Below are positions 9,835 through 19,330 of a DNA stretch of 64,000 nt, in pieces. The notes beneath the pieces are model-generated. The model was not told where the DNA came from, made no database searches, and saw nothing but the letters and a program-made list of their open reading frames with translations. The stretch spans positions 160,001-224,000 of the forward strand of contig CAWGLD010000007.1 in NCBI GenBank assembly GCA_963823335.1. The letters are read 5' to 3'. The DNA is from an uncultured delta proteobacterium. Lineage in GTDB: Bacteria > Desulfobacterota > Desulfobacteria > Desulfobacterales > B30-G6. The first letter of the stretch is position 1; the number at the start of each line of letters is the position of its first letter. Both the position numbers and the translations under genes were made by a program.

Positions 9835-12800
9835 GTTGGTTCGCCATGTGGTCAATCCGCTCTTGATGTTGAACGGGGTTTCGATATCCACTTCCACCAC
9901 CTCGCCGGTACTCATCTGCAGGAAGGCCTTGGCGCCCTTTTCCCTGCCGGCATGGATACCCACGGCCGGTGGCGGCATGCCCTCTCCCAGCGGAATCTTG
10001 AACTTGACGGCCTTATAGTCCTCACCGGCCACATCTGTCGTTCCGTTGGGAAGCAGCGGTTTAAAATAAGCCGTACCGGTCTCATAGTAGACCGCATAAA
10101 AATTGCTGACCCCGCCGAACCCGCACACGTCCGCGTTGGGCGTAAAGGCCGGCAGATAGATACCGCCCCCCAGTATGGCTGGTTTGGTGATCACCCGTTC
10201 TGAGGGATCCGTAGCTTCGAGACTCCGGTACCATCCGTCATAGTAGTCCGGATAAGTAGTCTGGTCTTCGGTGTTGCGAACCACGTTCAGCAGCGTATAC
10301 CAGTCATAGATACGCGCCAGGCCACCGTCAACCATCTGATTCGTATAGACAGTATAAGGGTCTGCGTTGAACAGATCGCCAAAACCCAAGGGCAGCACAC
10401 TGGGGCTCTGCTTGAACAAGGGGTCCCGGATACCGATCATGTATTGCTGATCATCGTTGACCTTGTCTGCCTCGGTGAGATAACTGCCGGTACCGAAATA
10501 GACCCACACATCGTCCATGGCATCCACACTCAGGGATGCCGCCGCCGTGATGGGCCGGTTGCCACTGAATATCTTGGTCATGTTCCATTGAGATTTATCC
10601 AGGCTCGGGGATCTTTCCAGAGGGTTTCCTCCAGCATCATAGGTCTGGGCCTCGAGTGTACTGATATGGTAAAGATTGCCGGCCGTATCTCCGAAGTAGA
10701 TGGCATCGACGCTGTTGGTCAGATCCTTGTCCAGTGAGGCCGGTGAATTCATATAGGTATTGGCCGTTCCAGTGTCAAACTGCCAGTCACTGGCGCCTGA
10801 CGGGTAGATGGGCTCACCGGTCTTTAAATCCACCACAAACACATACCCGTTTTGGGTACTGCTCCCGTCGTAGTCCGTGGGGCCGGAACCAAACACCGCA
10901 TGCCAGTCCCCCAAGGAAAATGCGCTGCTGTCTTTATTCCCATTTTCAATGCGGATCACCGCGGGCGTAGCCCGGGTCATGCCTAACTCCGTGTAGGTTC
11001 TTTCCCACAAGAGCCTGGGATTGGCAGGATCCGTTATATCCAAGCACACATAGGCCGGGTAGAAATGGCGTGTGGTCACACCGTTCCCATCATTGAAATC
11101 GCCTTCGGCCCAGATGTGTTTCCCACCCATATTGAAACCACAGATAAGAATGGTGCGCCAGGTGGGGTCGCCGGCTGCATCGGCAACACCGATGCGGGCG
11201 TCGAACACCTTGGGTTTGAAGTCCACATAATAAACATGCGTATAGGCCGGGTCTGCCAGCCATTTGAGGTGGGGCAGCAGAGACTGGGGAATATAGGCCC
11301 ACATCTCTTCACCGATATCTGTACGGCCTATGGGTTTCTCATAGGAACCGCTGGTGGGGTCGTATTGCCAGGATGTAAAAGCATGCAGCATGCCGTCATT
11401 GGCACCCACGTAAATGGCGGTTTCCCGATCCCGATTGGCATCCAGAAAATTCTGATAGGATCGGTCGCTGTAAATGACATGATAATTGTCCACGGGCGCA
11501 GCAACCGTGACCGGGGTGGAATTGACGATGTCCCCCAGCTTCCAGGTCTGTCCGTTGGTGGTGCGCGACCGCATACCAGCCTGGTCTGTACCGCGGATGT
11601 AGGCGATGAGACTGTTCACCCGCTCATCGTGTGTAGCACCCAGATAGTCCCAGACGCCCGTTCCGCCGGAGTCCATGACACCCAGATAGGGTTTGATATC
11701 TGCTGCATTGCCTGCAGCAAAACTGATCACCTCACCATCGGAATCAAAAGATGCATAGGGCCCCTCGTCAAGCGCCTGATCATTATCGCGGTCGACAAAG
11801 GTAAAGATCTTGCGGGTGGTGGGATCCCGCTTGGCCAGGACCTTGCCCACTTCCCAGATGGGGCTGATCTCTTCCAATGCCAGGGTTTCGTAAGCATAAT
11901 CGCCGGGGTCCCCCTCACCATCGCAATCCAGGGGGTGGTGATAGAGATAATGATCCGTATAGCGGTAGATCAGGGTATCGGAGGTGGTGGCATCTGAATA
12001 GTAGGTAACGATCTTGTCCTCGGACATTGCCGTATCGAGAACACCGTTGCCGTTGACGTCTTCGCCGCCATCCAGAAGACCGTTGCCATTGAGGTCTTCA
12101 TTCAAATTCAGACGCTGGTCACCATTGGAGTCTTCCCTCAGGTTACCGCAGGGGTCGACCCACAGGGCCTGGAGATACCCCAGCCACTTGACCTCATCCG
12201 TACCTTCGATTTTGCTGGGTCGAAAATAAGCCTGGACCAGGTTGCCCTCACCCTCGGCATTGGTGGCCAGCACCGATGCTGCCGTACCCGAAGCCGCCCT
12301 GGACAGTATATCGTTGATGGCAGCCATGAGCTGGGCTTCCAGGCCATAGCCGTCCGATGCCTCGAAATAGGTGTCGGGATCTCCGTCCCCATCCTTGTCC
12401 CACTCTTTGCGGTCATCCGGATCATTCTCTTTGGTGCCGTCCGGCCTCCCATTGCCGTTACGGTCGTCAAAACCGCCCTGCCGTGCGGCTTCTTTCAGCA
12501 GGTTGTGGGCATTGGGGTCGACCGATCCAAGTGCGGCATAGACCGTGTAGAGATAGATGTTCTGTTCACCCTCGATATCATCCCGCAGATCCTTGGTGCG
12601 GGCATAAAGAGCAACGTCCTTGAGATAGTCTGTACCACCGTCCGGAAATTCACATCCAATACCGGTGCTCTCATCACAATCGATACCGTCGTCTACGGTG
12701 CTCAGAAAGGTTTCCTTGCTCATCAGCATAGTCCTTCAGGTTTGACGGAATCATCCCGTCCATGGTGGAAGCGCCGTCGGTAAGAAGAAGCACAAAACTC

Positions 12801-14350
12801 TTGGCACACCAGACTTCTTTATCCACGTGGTAGTAGGGATCGTTGACCTCGTTGAACGGGCCGGTGACACCGTTTTGGTAGTCGAGCCCATCATCGACGG
12901 CCTCCTGCTTGAAGTACTGGCTGGCCACGTAAAAGGACTCTGCCAGGGGCGTCCACGTGTCCGCAGCCGTGTTCTGCAAGTCGGTGACAAGAGATGTCAT
13001 ATTGGTGCCGATGGGTGCGGCAATGAAACCGCCGCTGCCATCCTTGCCCGTGCCGGTATCGAACCAGGTATTACCCCAGTACGCCTTGTCCCCCACCCGT
13101 TGCAGCACACCCGCCAGGTTGCCGTCCATAAAGTCCTGGGGCTCGTAATTGACATCTTTTTTGACACTGATGGTGTACCTTGCAAGATAGCCATCATAGG
13201 GAAAGCTATCGGTGTCGGCATAAATGTAACCATCCGCTATGCCAAAATAATAGTGGCCGTCGTATGGAGAGACACCGCTCCCGTCGTATTCTTTGAGAAA
13301 TGAATTGCCGGACGGGCTCTCGCCGTAAAGGGTCTGGTTGCCGCCGCCGGTCCTGGCCGTGGCCAGACCGCCCATGAGAACCTTGCGGGTCACGTCTATC
13401 TTGCGCATGCAGACCCAGTTGAGCCAGTTGCCAGACCAGGCGCCGCTGGGGTCCCGCACAAACCCGCTGCTGTAGCTGTAACGCGCATCCGGATCAAAAT
13501 ACCCGTAGTAGCGGGTGCTGGCACCAGCCGCGGCACATTCTTCATCAGTTTCGATCACCAGGACCGGCCCCGAACTGCCAGCGCCGTAGTCATAGGACAT
13601 GGCCGATCGCGACCCTGACCCGGTAAGCATGAAGGCCATGTTCTGTTCGGAAGCGTCCCAGTCAGGACGGTCCACGATCTCCTGGACAATGGATGTCAGG
13701 TCCGGTGTGCTGTAGGAAGCACCCGAAGCCCAGTCATTCGTAATGCTCCAGGCTACCGATGCGCTGGTGTCATTTCTGTCGGAGATATTGCTATCGTCTA
13801 TTGAGTAAGCACCTGCACTGCCCACATCCTCTCCCCGGATGGTGAGAGACGCGTTGCCGCTCCCGTTGGTATAGGCCTTGAAGGTAATATAGGCATTGGT
13901 GATCGTACTACCCGCCGGCACCTCGACCTTCTGGAATAGAAGTCCCACCATAGTACCAAAAGACTCCGTGCCCCAGGTCTTACATGTTCCGTTGGGTTTA
14001 TATACGATACAGACCTCCTGTGTTCCTCCACCCAGAAACAGGTTGGTGGTATTGATCATGACACTGTCGTCATCCAGATTTTCTTCGGCATCGTCTGAGG
14101 ATGCCGCGAGGCGGGCCGTTGCCGTTCCACAGTCTGCTACGCCGCCGCCATATTCATCGGTGTAGGCCTGATCGTTCATGCTGCCCGAGTTGTCGAGCAT
14201 GATCAGAATGTTGGGTTCCACGGCGGTGGCCATAAACACCGGATAGGAGGTGTAGTCAGCCAGATTCGGTTCCGCAGCATGCGCTGTTTCAAACCCCGAT
14301 AAAGAGGCAAGAACCATCCATAACCCTGTTATAATAATGATTTTTTTCAT
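9832..14350 (-). pseudogene. pilY1: PilY1/PilC type IV pilus tip adhesin, split by a frameshift near 12720 (true mutation or assembly indel)
   Basis: N-part: PNILIMLDNSGSM vWA-like, TWTPLAES, LLTDG. C-part: WKLGDIVNSTP, YVGANDGMLHAF beta-propeller. The two ORFs overlap in different frames at 12674-12729. Confidence 0.8.
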
Positions 14351-14351
14351 T

Positions 14352-14942
14352 TTATAATCCTCCTGGCACGCCCACCACCTTGCGGTAATCGGCAATCACG
14401 TTGGAGACAGCCCCTCGGGTGCTCTGTCCCCAGGAGTCGAGTTCATAATAAACAGCCACACCACCGGTGGTTCCGACGCCAATGCCTTCTACGCCACTGG
14501 CGAATTCTGCGCCACCGCCGGCCAGAACCCGGCTTCTGGTGCGTTCGACATCGACCTGGGTACTAAAACCGCCCTGCCCCAGAACAACGTCCAATGCTGG
14601 ATCATACGTATCATACCCCATCACCTGATCGAAAAAGATATCCTGGTCGGTGGCGGCATCCCAGGCAGCGCCGGCTGCGATGGAGCCGGCCTCAACGCCA
14701 AGACCCACTGGACCGCTGATATCGACGATCCGCGATATGATCTTTGGGACACCATAGACACCACTATCTGCATTGAAGAATGCGATGCGGCTGCGCTGAT
14801 CATTGCCGGCAATCTGCAGCTCCACCGTGGTGGTATCCATGGCCGACAGCCCCACCAGTGTGACAATCACCAGAATCAGAATAGCTGCAATGATGGTAAC
14901 GGAACCCGATTCATCTTGTATATGAGATCTCATCGTTTTCAT
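14352..14942 (-). CDS. pilX: PilX-like minor pilin
   Basis: ESGSVTIIAAILIL...ELQIAGNDQR...AFFNADSG. Confidence 0.8.
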   Translation of the reverse strand: MKTMRSHIQDESGSVTIIAAILILVIVTLVGLSAMDTTTVELQIAGNDQRSRIAFFNADSGVYGVPKIISRIVDISGPVGLGVEAGSIAAGAAWDAATDQDIFFDQVMGYDTYDPALDVVLGQGGFSTQVDVERTRSRVLAGGGAEFASGVEGIGVGTTGGVAVYYELDSWGQSTRGAVSNVIADYRKVVGVPGGL

Positions 14943-14958
14943 GGTGTATCCTCAAGGG

Positions 14959-15426
14959 TTATATGATCAATGGAATGATCTGCTGCATGGTGACTTCTTT
15001 TCTCACGGACGCTCCGACATGGGTGACCGTCACCACTACGGTTTTGGTTCTTTCGATGGGCCAGTCGGTGGTCACCGTATATTGAATCGTGAGTGGTCCG
15101 GTTTCGTCTGCAGGGACGGTCTCATCGATTTCACCGTTGTAATTGTTGTCGACCCTGTCTGCTGCCTGGTTCAGGACATAAACCCCGGCGGCAAGGGCCG
15201 GGTCGTCATAGGGAAGGCTTCGCAGCATTTCCAGCCTGTCCGTCGCTATCACAGCGATGTCGGTGACACCCCTGGCACTGGTGTTACCCCTGATGGACCC
15301 GGACTGCAGGGCGGCCACCCCCAGAATACCGACGGCAAATATGACCATGGCGATAAGCACTTCTATGAGTGTAAAGCCGGTATTCTCCTTGACGAACTGG
15401 ACATTTTTTCTGATGGTTGACAACAT
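14959..15426 (-). CDS. pilV: PilV-like minor pilin
   Basis: GFTLIEVLIAMVIFAVGILGVAALQ prepilin motif. Confidence 0.82.
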   Translation of the reverse strand: MLSTIRKNVQFVKENTGFTLIEVLIAMVIFAVGILGVAALQSGSIRGNTSARGVTDIAVIATDRLEMLRSLPYDDPALAAGVYVLNQAADRVDNNYNGEIDETVPADETGPLTIQYTVTTDWPIERTKTVVVTVTHVGASVRKEVTMQQIIPLII

Positions 15427-15437
15427 GAATCTTCTCC

Positions 15438-16229
15438 TTACATGAGACCGATGTTTCGGCACTTCACTTCTGAAACGTGACGGACCCGGCGGAACCCGTC
15501 ATTCTGCACCGGCAGAATGATGTTACCGGCAATGGGTTGATTGGAATAGGTGTTGGCATCCGTAAAAGGTACGGACAGGCCGGGAATCGTTTCTCCGGCC
15601 CGGGCAATAAGCGTAATCTGAACGGCGCGAATATTTCTACGCTCCTCCTCTGTGGTGGGATTCACCAGCAGACAGTTTTCTAGGCAGCCGGCAACGGTAT
15701 CATCGATCCCCAGGTAAACGAGATTCAAGGCATCGATGTTGGATGCCAGCCGCTGCCCGTTCCGTAGCAGGTGACAGGGGTTGTTGTTGACGCCCTGCAG
15801 GGCGTCGTTAACACCATCCTGGTTGGCATCGTTGCTGAGTGCATAGGTCAGCTGCTCTGGTATGCGGTCGTACCATTCCCCGGCTTCGTCGACAGTACCG
15901 TCCCGATCGTTGTCTATCCCATCCGCTTCACCGCCGGTTATGTCCAGTGAGATGGTGATTGCATCGGCAGAGGCGACATCGATACCGGAATCCGCCAGAC
16001 CCGACGGATCGAGTCCGGCAAGCCGGATATCCCTTTCCATGAAATACATGGCAACCCGGACGTTCTGCTGCATGTCCACAACCTGGTTCTGGGTGTTGTT
16101 GACGCGCATCTGCTGTACGTATGCCTGGTAAATACCCGTCATGACCATTCCGGAGATAGTCATGGCTATCAGGATTTCTATGAGTGTAAATCCGGCACTG
16201 TTTTTGAGATGTGGATCGTTCATTTTCAT
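15438..16229 (-). CDS. pilW: PilW-like minor pilin
   Basis: GFTLIEILIAM...MQQNVRVAM...DIRLAG. Confidence 0.82.
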   Translation of the reverse strand: MKMNDPHLKNSAGFTLIEILIAMTISGMVMTGIYQAYVQQMRVNNTQNQVVDMQQNVRVAMYFMERDIRLAGLDPSGLADSGIDVASADAITISLDITGGEADGIDNDRDGTVDEAGEWYDRIPEQLTYALSNDANQDGVNDALQGVNNNPCHLLRNGQRLASNIDALNLVYLGIDDTVAGCLENCLLVNPTTEEERRNIRAVQITLIARAGETIPGLSVPFTDANTYSNQPIAGNIILPVQNDGFRRVRHVSEVKCRNIGLM

Positions 16230-16261
16230 TCCTGCTCCCGAATGGTTTAAATAACACTATC

Positions 16262-16744
16262 TCATTCTTGAATTCTTGAACTGCCTGCCAACTCGAGGAC
16301 TATCTGTCGGGCATTCCCCCTGGTGTCTGCCAGGGTTATGGTTCCCGCACTTGACGCTACTCCCTGAGTGTCGAAAACCACCCAATCCCCTGGAAGGGTG
16401 GTGGCCGATATATCAATATCGTTCGCCAGTGCCTTTTGCACAAGAATCCTCTCTCCCGCGTCTAAAACACCGTTACCGCTATTGGCCGGGTCTCCGGCGC
16501 CGTCATCCAGAAATGCCGTATAGCTTGCATTCCCGGTATCGAACATCAGCACATAATTGATATTGTCCTTTACCGCCTGAACACGTGTTTTCTGGAGGAT
16601 GGCCAAGACATCCCTGGATGCACCCCCCAGCTTGAATTTGGGTACCCAGGCGATAAAATTGGGTATGACAACGGCTGAAAGTATCGCCACGATGGCAATG
16701 GTGACCATCAACTCCATTAATGTAAAACCAGACGTTTTTTGCAT
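16262..16744 (-). CDS. FimT/GspH-family pseudopilin
   Basis: GFTLMELMVTIAIVAIL prepilin motif; start uncertain. Confidence 0.82.
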   Translation of the reverse strand: MQKTSGFTLMELMVTIAIVAILSAVVIPNFIAWVPKFKLGGASRDVLAILQKTRVQAVKDNINYVLMFDTGNASYTAFLDDGAGDPANSGNGVLDAGERILVQKALANDIDISATTLPGDWVVFDTQGVASSAGTITLADTRGNARQIVLELAGSSRIQE

Positions 16745-17305
16745 GATGTTTTCTCCCTGCCCCAAAATCGATACAATTTGTGTGCCATCTTTCATATCTA
16801 TGGCGAACCAGTCGCCCGTTCAGGGCTATATTTCCCGCATTTATCATTTTAACATACTGATATTTATACTATAATTTATTTCAGCTTCCATCATGCTCCT
16901 GGAAAGTCAGAGGGCTGAATATGACCCCATCTGAAAGACAAAACTGGACAACTATTAATTTTTTTTACACTGCCATTAAGGCACTTTATAGATCGTATGG
17001 GTGATGCACGCACGGCAAGACAAATATATACCTAAGTATAGTAAGTATTCATTGCGTACATTTGCAGGATTGATTGGCTTGTAACGATGGGGCTATCTTA
17101 CGACACAATAACTAAAAAGTCAAATACTATCTGCTGCTTAGACCTGCAGCGGCACGCATGTATACGCCATCCGTGTGACGGGGGGACGCAATACCCACGC
17201 CCTCCAAGGGGGCTGTAATATCCAATATCGAATATCGGTTACATGAATTTCGAAGTGCAGGATTTAGATCAGAATTTAATGTTCAGCAAAATGGAGGCGC
17301 ACATC

Positions 17306-17833
17306 ATGCGGGCAAAGGGTGGTTTTACATTGATCGAGCTACTCACGGTCATTTCGATTCTCGGCATTTTAATGGCCCTGTCCATACCCAACTTCAGAGG
17401 CTGGCAAACCAATCGCAAATTGCGCATCGCTACTACGGAGTTATACCATGTCCTGCAGCACGCCAGGCTCTTCGCCGTCAAGGAAAACAGAAAAGTCATC
17501 GTCTCTTTTGACCCGGATGGCAACCGGCAACTGGAGGGCGACTATATCGCCTTTGTAGACAATGGCTTCGACCGCAGCACGTTCTGGACCCGGGAACCTG
17601 ATGAAAAAATTGTTAAAAAAGGCCGCATATCAGAGGATATCGAACTCTATGATGTCTCCTTTGCCGGGGGCATACCGCGGATCCGTTACGACCCCCTGGG
17701 TCTGCCCAATGGGTTCGGCGGCCATATCTATCTGACCAACACCCAAAAACGATATCTGGGAATTCACGTCAACATCACCGGAAGTCCACGAATTGTGAAA
17801 AGCGAGGATGGAACGCGGGGGAGTTGGGACTAG
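17306..17833 (+). CDS. FimT/GspH-family pseudopilin (divergently transcribed)
   Basis: GFTLIELLTVISILGIL; GGAGG RBS before ATG 17306. Confidence 0.8.
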   Translation: MRAKGGFTLIELLTVISILGILMALSIPNFRGWQTNRKLRIATTELYHVLQHARLFAVKENRKVIVSFDPDGNRQLEGDYIAFVDNGFDRSTFWTREPDEKIVKKGRISEDIELYDVSFAGGIPRIRYDPLGLPNGFGGHIYLTNTQKRYLGIHVNITGSPRIVKSEDGTRGSWD

Positions 17834-18033
17834 AGCAGGGTTGGAGGGGCTGAGGGGGATACAAGGGTTGGAGGGTAGCTGACAGCTGTGGGTGGACAGC
17901 TGCATCACAGCTTCCAGGCATCCTGGCGGCACAGCATACCGGGGTCGGAGGGGTGGAGATTTGCGAGGGTCGGAGGGTTTGGGTGAGGGGTAAGGGTCAG
18001 GAGCGGGTGAAAGAATCAATTGGAGATGAAAAC

Positions 18034-18390
18034 ATGTTGAAAAGTTTCAGAGAGCTAAAGGTTTGGCAGAAATCTTATGATCTTTGTTTGGCGGTTTTTA
18101 AAATAACAAAGGACTTTCCAAAGGAAGAAATGTATGTCCTTTCATCTCAGATGAGAAAATCAGCCTTGTCTATTCCTTCCAATATCGCCGAAGGGTATGG
18201 CCGTAAAACCAGAGCGGATTATATTCGAATATTGTACATAGCCTATGGTTCGGCATGTGAACTAGACACCCAAATATCACTATCAGGAGATCTAAACTAT
18301 ATCCAGGGTAGCCAACTTGAAAAACTTCAGGAGGAAATTTCCGAAGTAGGAATGATGTTAAGGGCCCTCATACGAGCCTTAGATAAATAA
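18034..18390 (+). CDS. Four-helix-bundle protein (23S rRNA intervening-sequence family)
   Basis: SFRELKVWQKS...FPKEE.Y.L.SQMR..A.SIPSNIAEG.GR. Confidence 0.9.
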   Translation: MLKSFRELKVWQKSYDLCLAVFKITKDFPKEEMYVLSSQMRKSALSIPSNIAEGYGRKTRADYIRILYIAYGSACELDTQISLSGDLNYIQGSQLEKLQEEISEVGMMLRALIRALDK

Positions 18391-18499
18391 TCTAACTCTA
18401 AAAGCACTCACCATACAGCTTTTCGTTGTGTCCACAAAAAGGGCTTTGCAGATAGCGGAAAGCTTTCGGCTACCCTCCAACCCTCCACACCTCCAACCC

Positions 18500-19330
18500 T
18501 CAACCCCTAAAATAGGCTACCCCATTCCTAAGCATCTCCAAGCCCGGGGTCAGTCCTGAAGGCATAGGCTCGCCCTTGCGCTTCAGCTTCTCCTTCATGA
18601 GCGGCCAGTCCGGGTGGTTGGTCCAGTGATTGTAGGCTTCCGGATGAGGCATGAGTCCAAATATCCGGCCGGTGGGGTCACAGATACCGGCAATGTCAAG
18701 AATCGATCCATTGGGGTTGTGGGGAAAGGCCTGGTCTGCGGGGCGGCCATCCGGCAGTGCATACTGAAGGGCCACCTGCTGATTGTCCGCCAGGCGCTTC
18801 AAATTTTCGGGATCGGTATAGAATTTGCCTTCACCGTGCCTGACAGGCAGTTCCAAATCTGTCAGACCCCTTGTATAAACACAGGGGGATTCGGTATTGA
18901 CGCGCATGTTCACCCATTGATCCCTGAAATTGCCGCAGTCATTGAATGTCACGGCCACGCTGCGCGCGGCATTTTCAGGATGCTGACCGGACAAGTCGAA
19001 TCCCGGCAAAAGCCCCAGATTGACCAAGGTCTGAAATCCATTGCAGATTCCCAGAACCAGATTACCTTTTTCGACAAATTCGAAAAGATCCTTACCGATG
19101 CTTGTCTTCATCCGTACGGCTTGAATCACACCCGCGCCATGGTCGTCTCCCCAGCTGAACCCACCCCCGAAAACAAGAATTTGAAAATCGGACAGACTCA
19201 CGGCACCGGCGATCAAGGCATTGATGTGAACCCGCCGTGCTGAAGCACCTGCCAGCTCAAAGGCATAAGCTGTTTCGTTATCGCAGTTCAATCCATATCC
19301 GGTCAGAACCAGTACATTCACCGCTTTCAT
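18500..19330 (-). CDS. purQ: FGAM synthase glutaminase subunit
   Basis: GGFSWGD, LGICNGFQ, HGEGK, GLMPHPE. Confidence 0.93.
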   Translation of the reverse strand: MKAVNVLVLTGYGLNCDNETAYAFELAGASARRVHINALIAGAVSLSDFQILVFGGGFSWGDDHGAGVIQAVRMKTSIGKDLFEFVEKGNLVLGICNGFQTLVNLGLLPGFDLSGQHPENAARSVAVTFNDCGNFRDQWVNMRVNTESPCVYTRGLTDLELPVRHGEGKFYTDPENLKRLADNQQVALQYALPDGRPADQAFPHNPNGSILDIAGICDPTGRIFGLMPHPEAYNHWTNHPDWPLMKEKLKRKGEPMPSGLTPGLEMLRNGVAYFRG

